Positions 42,287-55,800 of a DNA stretch of 64,000 nt are shown piece by piece. The notes beneath the pieces are model-generated. The model was given only the letters and a program-made list of their open reading frames with translations. It did no database searches and was not told the DNA's origin. Source of the DNA: Vicugna vicugna. Lineage: Eukaryota. The translations under genes and the position numbers were made by a program. The DNA is taken from positions 1,748,419-1,812,418 of the forward strand of contig MU058198.1 of the NCBI GenBank assembly GCA_013265495.1, given 5' to 3'. How positions within the stretch are numbered: position 1 is the first letter of the stretch; each line of letters opens with the position of its first letter.

Positions 42287-43837
42287 TTCTTGGTTAGGGT
42301 TAAGCCACAGGTTCCATCCCATCTCTGGAGGCTGTGGTTGCAACATCAGTTCAGTTTTTAAAGATTTTGCTGTTCTAGTTGGATCCTTCTGGGGCCTGGG
42401 AAGAGTCCGTCTGCTCAGAAATCAAAGTGATTATCACACTAACTAGGATCAGATCCACTTAGATAAAGATCAAGGCTCAGATCAAGGCTGTAGTCTCGTT
42501 CCTCTGTCTCCCCAGTACCTCCGGTTTCTCCAAGGCACTCTTTTTTGTTTGTCTTCTGTCCAGAAGTCACCCACTTCCTTGGTTGCCTGCCACTGAAATT
42601 GCAGAAGTACTTCAGTTCTGGTGTTGTTCCTTGCATTCCCTGGCTACTCTTTCTGGTTCACTCACTTAAAGGAAGTAGCACCTTTTAGCATTAATGAAAT
42701 ATACAGCACCTCTTTGTCCCTCCTTGATTCTCTTAAAGTCAGTTCTGACTTTGACAGCCCAACGAGGCTGTTAAAAGTGATGCGCAGGAAGGAGATTCTG
42801 ACACATATTGCAACATGGGTGAAACTTGAAGACGTATTATGCCTAGTGAAATAGGCCAGCCACAAAAGATTACTGTCACACAGATAAGTGTTTCCACTCA
42901 TATGACGTACCTACAGTAGTAAAATTCCCAGATGCAGAAAGTAGAATGGTGGCTGCCAGTGACTGGGGGAGGAGGGTATAGCGAGTTATTATTTAAGGAG
43001 TACAGAACTGGGCAGATGAAAAGGTTCTAGGGATGGAGGATAATGATGATTGCACAATAATGCGAATGTGATTGCTGCCACTGAATTGTGCACTTAAAAA
43101 TGGTTAAAATGGTAAGTTTTATGGTATGTATATTTTATCATAATTGAAATTGCATAGCCTTTCAGTACCTCCTCCATATTAGCAGATGACCCCAGGGGAA
43201 AAATCTTATAAGATAAGAACTATAATTTTTCTGATTTTTATGGGTGATAAGTAGCCATAGGTTAATTATTTTGCTCAGAATTACATGGCCTGTGAGAGAG
43301 TTAAGATTTGAACACAGGAAACCTTACTTCAGATCCCACATTTTTAATTACTGTGCCCTACTGTCCACACTGTGAGGAAAAAAATTCATGACTGTTTTGA
43401 ATCCACCTAAAGCTTAGTATAGAATGTGGCACAGAGTAGGTATTAAATAAATACTAAGTATTCAGCATTATAATTTGTGAGAGTTTCTCTCAGAACCTAT
43501 CAAAATAATGGCTGATATTCTGCATTTACAGTTTACATCCTTCTTTGTGAAAATGGGACTGTGTCTTATTGATCTTTGCATCTCTCTTGCCTAGTATGTT
43601 CATCCATATTAGAAAGTCATTGGATGTGAATGTAGTGAATTAATATAAAAACAGAAGCAGATAAGTACTTATTTCAAGTTTTTTTTTTGTAGTTATCTTT
43701 CAAGATCAATGAAAGCATAGGGTAGAACAATGAGGTAATCCTTCTACTTGACTAAAATTTAACATTTTGGCAGGTAACCTAAATTTTAAAAATCTTTACT
43801 TCCTTCTTAGATTTGAACTTCCATTCTTTGTGGTAAA

Positions 43838-43897
43838 ATGGATTTGTTGTGGCTTAACCAGTTTGCAGCCCTTCTCTGGAAAAATTTCATGTTAAAG
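43838..43897 (+). CDS. ABCA3-like coding exon 1 (exon starts at about 43811)
   Basis: [20 protein letters not shown]; acceptor cttcttag ends at 43810; donor AAG|gtaagt. Confidence 0.9.
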
Positions 43898-46800
43898 GTA
43901 AGTGAAGGTATCTGTGAGAAATGACAGTAAAGGTTAATGAAACTGAAAGGGGAAAAAATTTAATAGCTCCTTTATTTCATTTTTGTTTATGGGTATTTTG
44001 TTCCATGGCTGAGGATAGCATTCTAAATGTGAAGACTACTAACAGAGTAAATGAACAGAGTGAATAATGAAATGTGGAAAAGGGTGAAAAAGACAATCCA
44101 GAGAACCACTCATGTTGTGGAATGAAGCTGAATAATGTTTGTATTGTATACATGTATACACTTAAGGGTATAAATATACACATGTATGCACATACATATA
44201 ATACAGTAAGGTTAATTAACACTATTTTGTTTCCCTTACAGAAGCGGAAGATAATTTCTTTATGTGTAGAAATCTTCATGACACTGATGTTCTCTGCATT
44301 GATTTTGCTTCATCGCAGAGATTACAAAAAGGAATTTCTAGAGGCGATTCTTTTCCATCCTCTTCCCTTGAATAGGTTGCCTGCTTTCCTCACTGATGGG
44401 AAAAATAAGTATGAATTGGTTTATGTGCCTTCTGAAAGTGATGTGGCAAAAACTATTACTGAGATGGTGCAAAAAGATTTAAACGCCAGCCTTGAAGGTT
44501 TGAAATTGTGATGTCTAAAATGTTTTTTGTAGAATAATTATTAATTTGTTTTAGGAGAAGCATGTTTCAGTGACTTTCACAACTAGTGCATTAATGTCTT
44601 AAATATAACATTATGGACTTTGTCAAATAATATCAACATATTCTTTGTATAATCATAAACAAAATACAGTATTTAAAATTAGATGACTGAGTTATGTAAT
44701 TCTAAATCTTCTTTGTCTCTGATTGTGCTTCTAAAACTAGGGTAAGTACCTGGTTGTGTGCCAAGGGGACACAAAGCCTCAGGGTGAATTTGGTAGTTTT
44801 TTCCTGGATGCATAAACTTTACTTGAGGTCATGAATTTTAAACATTTTATAAAAATATGACTTCAGTGTAATATATAAGTGCATTTGAAAAGAAGATTAA
44901 AACAATGTAGAATTACACCAAAAACATCCTTATCTCCTTACACTGTCCTTACTCTGCACCTAGTTTCTCTTCTTTGTCTCCCACAGTTAAACACACTGTC
45001 AGAAATTTGATAAGAATCCCTCCAGCCTTGTCTCATGCTTTTACATACGTGTATATTATTTTTCTCATTTTAAGAGTGTTGTGAAATGAGGAAAAGGTTG
45101 ATAATACATATTTACTTTGCCATCTTAAAAAAACCATCTTTGAAAATGAAAATGTTATATTTATGTAACTTAATACAAAATTCCCATGAATTTTAAAAAT
45201 ATAGTCTATGAATCTCCAAAGAACTTTAGTGCTTCTGATGGGCTGATTTAAGTTACCTTTAAGGTATGTGTTTTAAAAAAAACAGAGTAAAATGGGAAAA
45301 AAATCACGGTTATTAAATATGAAACAACAACAACAAAAACAGTCTAAGGAAGTGTTCTAGGTCAGGGGTCAGCCTATTACAGTCTGCGAAGGTTAAATCT
45401 ACCCCACAGTCTGTCTGGTATAGGAAGTAGAAGGTCATTGGATGTGAATGTAATGAATTAATATAAACACAGAAGCAGACAAGTACTTATTTCAAGTTAT
45501 TTTTTCGCTAGTTATCTTTCAAGATCGCTGAAAGAGTGGAGTAGAACAATGAAATAATCCTTCTACTTGACTGTATGTGAAGTAGAAGATGTGGACAGGC
45601 TGCTGTTTCTTATCTTTTGCTACTGTGAGTCTATCAGTGGAGAAGTATAAGAAGCATTGTCATTCTGTCATATTGAGGCCATCATGAGAGAGTGTGCCTG
45701 AAGACCAGAGTAGAGGTTTGATGGGTTGAAGGTCCAGGGTGGCATGGAAAATAAATGTCTTATTATAAAATCCTAATTTAGAGGGAATAAAGCTGAGAAA
45801 CTTTCCTCCTCTTGATTAGGTCTCATACTTTTTTTAGTTTCTGTCGAAGCAAATTCCTTAGCAAAATCATCTAGTGGCTATGAGAAGATAAGTGTAGGAG
45901 TCTTTATTTGGAAAACTCCCACATTCAGTTTTGTGTGTGTGTGTGTGTGTGTGTATGTGTGTTGATTTTGATTGGGTAACTTTTAAAAAATTAAAAAAAC
46001 ATTTTTTTGTTGAGGTATAGTCAGTTTACAATGTTGTGTCCATTTCTGGTGTACAGCACAATGCTTCAGCCATACATGAATATACGTATATTCATTTTCA
46101 TATTCTTTTTCACTGAAAGCTACTACAAGATACTGAATATAGTTCCCTGTGCTGTACAGTATAAACTTGTTTACCACATTCAGTTTTTAGTGCTATTCTG
46201 AAGAATTATAACTTAGAAGAAAAACTTGTTCACTGGAAGCTTTCAATCTATCATTTCAAGTTCAGATAGTATAGTATCTGAACAGTATAGCATAGCATAG
46301 AGTAATGCAGTATAGTACAGTATATCCACTAGAATTATGGTAGTTTGTCATTAGAAACCTGGTGTTGGGTAAAACTCTGATGTTGGTATTTATAACTTGC
46401 TTTAATCAATACAGAGTGATTATTCCTGATAACCTTTGGCAAAAAATTCTTGAGGATTATATAGTATTTTATCTTTAGCACTATGAACCAGAAGGACCCC
46501 CCCTCACACACACATTTGACTTTGAACAATTTCAAACATATAGAGAAAATGCAGAAAATGCTACAAGTCACCAAGTAACAGTCGTCGCATTTGCTTTATC
46601 ATTATCTCTCTTGCTCTGTCTCTCTCCATATGTATATATACACACATATATAAGTAATATGTATATATCAAACATGTAAGAATATATATAACGTTGCTGG
46701 ATTTTTTTCTGAACTGTTGAGAATAAGTTGTATTCATGATGACAATTCACCTTCAAGCACTTAATGTATTTCCTTAGAATTAGGATATTCGCCAACAAAA

Positions 46801-49800
46801 CCTTTGTAATTATCACACCTACGAGTTTTTAAATTGATACAATGAAGTTATCTAATATGCAGTCGATATTTATATTTCCCTAGTTACCCTAATAAGGTTC
46901 TTTAGAGCTTTTTTCCTTTCTGTAATCCAGGATCCACCTAGAGATTTATAAATCTGCATTGGGTTTGGCAAACTTTTCTGTAAAGGGCCAGATAGTAAGT
47001 ATTTAAGTTTTGTGGGCTATTAGGTTTCTATCAAATATTTTTTTTAAAAGAATGCTTCAGAAATGTAAAAACCATTCATAGATTACAGACCTATATCAAA
47101 CAGACTGTGGGGTAGATTTGACCTTTACAGACTGTAATTGGCTGACCCCTGACCTAGAACACTTCATTAGACTGTTTTTGTTGTTCTTGTTTTGTATTTA
47201 ATAACAATGATATGTTTTTCCCATTTTACTGTTTTTTTTAGAACACAAGCTTGACTTTTTGAAATTCCCAGTATAAGTGACATCATACAGTGCTTGTCTT
47301 TCTTTGACTTATCTGATAGCTTAGCATAATGTGCTCAAGGTCCATTCATGTTGTCACAAATTACAGGATATCCTCCTTTCTTATGGCTAAATAATATTCC
47401 ATTGTGTACATGTACCACATAAAAATCCATTCATCTTTTGATAGGCATTTGGGCTGTTTCCATACCTTGGCTATTGTGAATGATACACTATATATATGTG
47501 GGAGTGCACATATCTCATCATAATCCTGTTTTCATTTCCTTTGGGTGTATGTCCAGATGTGGAATTACTGAATCATGTGATAGGTCTATTTTTGATATTT
47601 TGAGGAATGTCTATATTGTTTGTCGTAGTGGTTGGACTAATTTCCATTCCCACCAACAATGTATAAAAATTCTCTTTTTACTCCAGCCTCCCCAGCATGT
47701 ATTGTCTCTTGTCTTTTTGATAATAGCCATTCCAGCAGTTATGAGGTAATATCTCAGTTCTTATTTGCATTTTCCTGATGATTAGTGATGTTGGTCATCT
47801 TCTTAATGTGCCTGTTGGCATTTTCACGTCCTCTTTGGAAAAATGTCTATTTAGTTCCTTTGCCCACCTTCTAACCATATTTTTTGTGATTTTATATATA
47901 TATATATTTATATATCTTGTCTATTAACCCCTTACCTGATATATGGTCTGCAAAATTTTTCTCCCATTCTGTAGGCTGTTTTTTCATTTTCTTAATTGTT
48001 TCTTTTACTGTGAAGACATTTTTGATTTAGATATTTGTCCCATTTGTTGATTTCTGCTAATGCTGTTTGCACTTTTGGTGTCACATCCAAAAAAAAAAAA
48101 AATTGTTGCCAAGACTGGTATCGCTCAGCTGTTCCCTAAATTTTCTTTAAGAGTTTAATGTTTAAGTCTTTGATTCATTTCTAGTTAATTTTTGTGAGCA
48201 GTATAAGACAGAGGTTCAGTTTCATTGTTCTGTGTGTTTCTCCAGTTTTTCCAGCACCCTTTGTTGAAGAGACTATCCTTTCCCCATTGGGTGTTCTTGT
48301 CTCTCTTGTTGAATGTTAATTGGCTATATATGCTGGGATTTAATTCTGGACTCTCTATTTCTGTTCAGTTGGTCAATGTGTCTCTTTTGTGCCAGTACAG
48401 TACTATATAAAAAATAGTTTTTATTATTATGGCTTTGTAGTATACTTTAAAATCAGGACTTGTGATACCTTCAGCTTTTTTCCCCCATTTTTCAGGATTG
48501 CTTTGGCTACTTGGGGTCTTTTGTGGTTCCACAGAAATCTTAGGATTGTTTCTTCTATTTCTGTGAAGAATGCTTTTGATATTTTGATGGGGATTGCATT
48601 GAATCTGTGGATGGCTTTGGGTAGTGTGGCCATTTGAACAATATTTTTCTAATCCATGGACATGGGATGTCTTTCCATTTGTTTGTGTCTTCAGTTTCTT
48701 TCAGCAAACTCTTGTGGTTTTCATTGTGTAGATATTTTACTTCCTTGGTTAAATTTACTTCTAAATATTTTGTTGTTTTTGATGTTATTGTGTTAGGATA
48801 GTTTTATTTATTTCTTTTTCCAATGCTTCATCATTAGTGTGAAGGAATACAACTGATTTCTGTATGTTAATTTTGTATCTTGCCACTTTATAGAAATCAT
48901 TGATTAATTCCAACAGTTTTAAAAATAATTCCCAGATTTTTTTATATATAAGATCATATCATCAGCAAATAGTGACAGTTTTACTTCTTCCTTTCTGATT
49001 TGGATTTTTTTTTTTAATCTGTCTTACCTAATTGCTCTAGCTAGGAATTCCAGTACTGTATTGAATAGGAATGGTGAGAATAGACATCTTTGTCTTGTTT
49101 AAATTTTTCTCCATTGAGTATAGCTTAGTTCTGTCATAGATGACCTTTATTTTGTGGAGTTATGTTGCAAATTGGTGTTAATTATTCTTTAAACATTGGT
49201 AGCATTCGCCAGTGAAACTGTCTGGTCCTGAAGTTTCTGTGTTGGGAATTCTTTTGATTATCATTTCATTCACTTGATTTGTTATTGGTCTGTTCATGTT
49301 TTCTATTTCTTCCTGATTCAGTCTTGGTAGGTTATGTGTCTCTAGAAATGTATCCATTTATTCTAGATTATGTAATTTGTTGGAATATAATTGTTCACAG
49401 TAGTCTCTTATGATCCTTTGCATTTCTGCATTTTCAGATGTAACATTTCATCTTTTATTTCTAATTTTAGTTATTTGAGTCCTCTCTCTTCTTCTTAGTC
49501 TAGCCAAGGGTTGTCAGTTTTGTTTACCTTTTTGAAAAACCAACTGTTAGTTTTGTTGATCATTTATATTGTTTTTCTGGTCTCTATTTCATTTATTCCT
49601 GCTCTGATCTTTATTATTTCCTTCCTTCTGTTCACTTTGGGCCTAATTTGTTTCTCTTTTTCCAGTTCCTTAAGTGTAAACTTTGGTTGTTTATTTGAAA
49701 TATTTCTAATTTCTTAATATATGTATTTATTGCTATGAAATTTCCTCTCAGTACTACTTTTACTGCATCCCACAAAATTTGTTATGTTGTATTTTCATTT

Positions 49801-52800
49801 TTATTTGTTTCAAGATAATTTTTAATTTCTCTGTTGATTTCTTTTTTGACCCATTTGTTGTTTAGAAGTACGTTGTTTAGTTTATATATATTTGTAGGTC
49901 TGCACACTTTCCTTTTTTTATTGATTTCTAATTTCATACCATGAAATTGTAGTCAGAGAATATAGTTGGTATGATTTCAGTCTTACTACATTTGCTAAGA
50001 TATGTTTTGCGGCCTACCATATTATCTATCCTGGAAAGTATTCTGCAGGCACTTAAGAAGAATGTGTATTTTGCTGCTGTTGGATGGAATATTCTGTAAA
50101 TGTCTATTAAGTTCATTTGTTCTGAGGTATTTTTCAATTCCAACATTTCCTTGTTGATTTTCTGTCTGAATGATCTATCCATTGCTGATAGCCCCTACTA
50201 ATATTGTATTGTTGTCTATTTCTCCCTTAAGATCTGTTAGTATTTGCTTAATGTGTTTAGGTGCTTGGGTGTTGGAAGTGTATGTATTTACAATTGTTGT
50301 GTCTTTTTAATGTATTGACCCCTTTATTATTATATAATGACCGTCTTTGTCCCTTATTACTCTTTTTGACTTGAAGTCTATTTTGTCTGATACAAGTATG
50401 GCTATGCTGCCTTCTTTTGGTTTCTGTTCAGTTGAAATATCATCTTACATTCTTTCACTTTGAGCCTGTATGTGTCTTTAGAGCTGAAGTAAATCTCTGT
50501 CTTTAATTGTATAAGGTTTAATTAATTCCCATTTGAATATTCATTTGACTTCATATTGTTTATGTACCAGACTGCTCTTTCTCTTCTACTCTGTATTCCT
50601 TTCTTTTCTTTAGAAATAATTGTCATGCCAAACATTTATTTTCCTCCTTTGTGAATATTGAAAAAAGTATATTCAATTTTAAGTTAGAGGTATACGTATT
50701 ATGAAATTTATTAATATTTAGTTTTTGAAGGAAACTTACATTTTACAATATAATTTATTACTTGATATTTGTCTTATGTGAAGTCCCAGGGAATATTATT
50801 TTTATTCTTTATTCTTTTATACTTAGCCTATCAAAAAGGTGTGTTTTTAAAATCTGTAACTGAGAGAATTGCATCTCAAAATAACAAAGTTCAATCTTGT
50901 AAGAAAAGTTTTTTAATGAAAATTCATCACATTATAATAGCTTTTTACAAAATAACGAAACCTACACATTTATGGTTAATTAATCTATGACAAAGGAAGC
51001 AAGAATATACAATGGAGAAAAGACAGTCTCTTAAATAAATGGTGCTGGGAAAGTTGGACAGCTACATATAAAAGAATGAAATTAGAACAGTCTCTAACAC
51101 TACATACAAAAATAAACTCAAAATGAATTAAGACCTAAATGTAAGGTTGGATACTATACAACTCCTAATTAAAAACAGGCAGAACACTCTTTGACATAAA
51201 TTGCAGCAATTTTTCTGGGTTGGTTTCCTAGAGTAATGAAAACAAAAGCAAAATAAACAAATGGGACTTAATTAAACATAAAATCTTTTGCCCAGCAAAA
51301 GAAACTATATACAAAACAAAAAGACAACGTACAGAATGGAAGAAAATATTTGCAAAACATGTGACCAACAAGAGCTTAATTTCCAAAATAAACAGCTTAT
51401 GCAACTCAACATCAGAAAAATCCCAAACAACCCAATCAAAAAAAAAAAGGGTAGAAGACCTAAATAGATATTTCTCCGAAGAATACATACAGCTGCTCAA
51501 CAGGCACATGAAAAGATGCTTAATATTGCTAATTATTAGAGAAATGCAAATCAAAACTACAATGAGGTATCACCTCACACAGGTTAGAATGACCATCATC
51601 AAAAAGTCTAAAAGTAGTGCTGGAGAGGGTGTAGAGAAAAGGGAATACTTCTGTGCTGTTGATGGGAATGTAAATGGGTGCAGCTACTATGGAGAACAGT
51701 ATGGAGTTTTCATAAAAAACTAAAAATAGAGTTACAATATAACCCAGCAATTCTACTCCTGGGCATATATCCAGAAAAGATGAAAACTGTTGTGAAAAGA
51801 TGCATGCATTCCAGTGTTCACAGCGACACTATTTACAATAGCCAAGACATGGAAGCAACCTAAATGTCCATTGAAAGATAACTGAATAAAGATAGTTTTG
51901 GTATACATACAGTGGAATACTACTCAGAAATAAAAAGAATGAAATAGCGCCATTTTTAACAACATGGATGGACCTAGAGATTATCATAATAAGTGAAGTA
52001 AATCAGACAAAGAAAGACAAATATCATAAAAGATTACTTACATGTGGAATCTAAAAATATGATACAAGTGAACCTATTTACAGATTTACCTGTTTACCCA
52101 AAGCAGACATAGATTCACAGACATAGAAAACAAGTTTATGATTAACAAAGGTGAGAAGGGAGGGAGGAATAAATTGGGACTTTGGGATTAACCGATACAC
52201 ACTATATATAAAATAGGTCAACAACAAGGACCTATTGTATAACAGTTCCCTATAACACAGGGAACTATAGTCAATATCTTGTAATAATCTAGAATGGAAA
52301 AGAATCTTAGAAAGAATATATGTGTGTGTATGTGTATATATATATATATATAACTGCATAACTTTTCTGTATACCTGAAATATAGTAAATCAAATATACT
52401 TCAATAAAAAAGATATTGTAAAATTCTTCCCAACTGCAATTTAAATTAGGAATAATGGTTTTTATATTACCATTTTTATTGTAAGTCAGTTGTATATTCA
52501 TTAATGTATTTATGGGTTCTCTATTATGTTATATTGGTCTATTTGTATGTACTGTGTCAATCTGATACTATCTTAATTACTATAGTTTTATCATGTCTTG
52601 ATAGCCTGTAAAAAGGAAATCTTCCCACCTTGCTCTTCACCTGTGTACTTCTTTATAAATTTTAGGATCAGACTAAATTTCTATAAAAATTCAGTTTGGG
52701 TTTCATTAGAATTGCATTGACTGTATATGTAAATTTTTACAGAAAAGGTAAATTTACAGTATGAATTTCTTTAAATTCTTGAACACAGTACATACTGTTT

Positions 52801-55800
52801 TAAAAATCTTATTTCTTTCAATGCATGTTTACATTTCCTGATAAAGAAGCTATCAAAAACTTTGATATCTTGTTGACATTAGAAATAATTTAATTCCTAA
52901 GAGAAAACTCCAGTCATTTAAGTTACTTGTATGTAGGTGATTATTTGTGAATGGTTTTTGTGAGAGTGTATTTCCAAATTTCATACAGATTCATTTACGA
53001 ATGAAAAATGTGATTGAAAATGTAGTTTTATTCAACAACTTAAGGTTATTTTCTGAAATATCATACTTTCCACAGAAATAATTTTGTCACTTCTCATTTC
53101 TCATCTCATTTTTTTCTTTAAATCAAAACTTCTAAACACAATGAAAACTTCCCCCATCTCAGTTTACCTTAATAGGCAGTTATTTTAATGATTAAATATT
53201 ATTCCTAGTGTGATACAACTTTTATAATACAGAGGAATTTTTGTGTACCGTAAATATTCATTAGGACATCTGTGATATCAATGTTTGAGTAATGATGCTT
53301 TAAAACTTACAATATTATGACAGAATTATGATATTCGTGGTACAGATAGGAAGATAGGAATAATCATTAGACATTTTGCATTTATATGAAGACTGACTCA
53401 GATTTTTTCTTCTATAGTTCGAGGCTTTTCTTCGGTAGAAGATTTTGAGAATTACGTTAAGTATGAAAATAAGTCTTCTCGTGTGCTGGCTGCTGTTGTA
53501 TTTGATCATGACTTCAAGAACAGTAAAGACAGATTGCCACTTAAGGTAAGAAAGTTTTATCCAAAGACCTTATAATTAAACTTTAAAGTTTCAGGGATTT
53601 AATGAGATATAGGTAACATCTCTATTTTTATAACTGGGAAAAATGATAACTTACCCAAGATCATAACTGCTAGTATATAACAGATCAGGGATTTGAATCC
53701 AGCTTCAGCTTATTTTAATACCTATGCTTTTAACCATTATGTTATACTGATGAGGAGAAAACTGTAACTTAAGGTCTTATATTCAGAAAATGAAATAATG
53801 GGAACTTTGGTAAGGATATTCACTTTGCCCATCTACCTGGCCAGGCAGATGCTTCCGGTTCTGAAAATTGTGGTGAAGAAAATAAGAATATAGTTAGATA
53901 AAAAAGATGGGTAGCAATATCTGTTACCTGCTTAAATACCTTCTGGAATGTCAGAGAGTGTATATCTATAATATGATGTTTAAAATTTTTAATGTGTTGG
54001 TTTTAAATGTAATTACCGTTCTAACTTTGTATGTGAAGCCAAGTTTATAATAAAGCTGTTAGCAGATGAAAGCTAAGAAAAAAGAATACCCAACCCACGT
54101 CTGAATGTCTTTTTGGCCGAGGCAGCTCTATTTCCTGAAACTACGAACTCTAGAAGGTGTTTCTCTGTCCTCTTTCTAGGACAACAAGCCTACCACTTGG
54201 TTTTGCTCTGCTGAATGCCTCCTTTTCTGCACTTTGTTAATATATTGTTTTTACATATCCAAAGAGGTAATTGCTTTAACTTTGAGAATTCTTGGTGTGA
54301 ATGGAATCTTCTGTAATGCCACTAATAACACATTTGGATGTCCTTAAAACATTCGTTTGATTTTTCTTTTTTAAAGAAGGTACATATACACTGACAGAGA
54401 TTCCAACATGAAAGAATTCTTTCTTTTGCATGAATTGCTTAATTTCTCTTCTAATTCTCTAGTACTGCTCTTGGGCTCAGCCAGGGTTGCATCAGAATTA
54501 GGACATCTGCAGACACTGAGGAAGACTCTGATAACATCCCCCAAAGAGAGTGTTTTGAACTTCGTAACTTCTTGTGTCTCTTTACCAGGTGTTATAGATG
54601 TGCTGCCCAGGGTTGAGGGGAACAATCAAACTATAGTATCTATGCATAGAGCCAGATACAGCATTTAGGGTGCAAGTGTTTGCCAGTAGAAGGAAAGAAA
54701 GATAAAGGAAAATCACTGGCAGGATAGTAGGTGTTCTTTCTCTCTGTCCTGTCCTCGCTTCATTCTTTTCACACGTGCCTACTTCTGGCTAATTACTGCC
54801 ACAAAAATACATACTGATGCAGATACAGGTTCATTGGTATTCATAGAGTGCCTGGCCCAAATATCAAATAACTTTGATGCAGTTACAAGCTTCATTTTTG
54901 TTGTTGATTCTCTGTATCTAGCATTTGGAATAAATTCCTGACAATTTTTTCCCCCAGGTTATTTGCCCAGGTGCCTGTTTACTAAACTTTACCAAACAAA
55001 ATTTCTTATTTCTGCTTTCTGACTTCATGGATAATGTAGTCATACTATACTGTCCTCTTGACCCCACCCCACGGCTCTTCTGTAGCTTAGTTGATTTTCC
55101 TGGGCAGGACTTAATCTATCCACATAGGTACCACAATCATCCAAGAACACAGAGAAGATCATGTTGCTGTGCTATGTAAAAGACTTCAGGGGCATTCCAT
55201 TAACTACAAAGAAGTTCCTTTGCACAGAACCCAGGGCCATCAGCAACCTGTTTTGTGAATATCCCTCCAGCCTCATTTTTTCCTCCTCTTTCTTTGAACT
55301 TTATGCTGTAACAATATTAAACTGGTAGTAGTTCTCTGTATGTACAGTGTTTTATCTTTTGCTTCTCTGCGTTTGATCACATTATTCTCTCTCTCTCTCT
55401 TTTTTTTTGGATTTGTTCTCTGTCCCTCATTTTCTTAGTAGTTCTTATTGATTCTAGAGAACTCTTTCTGTGATGACCTATACAAAATCTCCTCTTCCCT
55501 CTTCTGTGCTCCCTTAACACCTTGAGAGTTCCCTGAGGTCAAGGATCATGTATTGAGAGTATTTAAGCATGCTGTAGCTACTTAAAACTTTGCTTTTAAA
55601 TAACTGAATTATGTGAATGTTTACCTAAACTTAGTGCACTTGCCTACTTTTTCTCACCTTACTGATTTCTCTGTTCTGCTTCCGTTGATTGTTGGCAACA
55701 GTAGTCTCTTGTTAAGCTACTCAGGTTCTACCATAAGTTACCCTGAAGTTGATTTAGCTCTCCAGATACAGTACATTATTACCTTCCCATTTAATACTTA

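Noticed and set aside
46266..46325. (ATAGT/ATAGC)n pentamer run
   Set aside because: Short degenerate simple repeat with no evidence of function.
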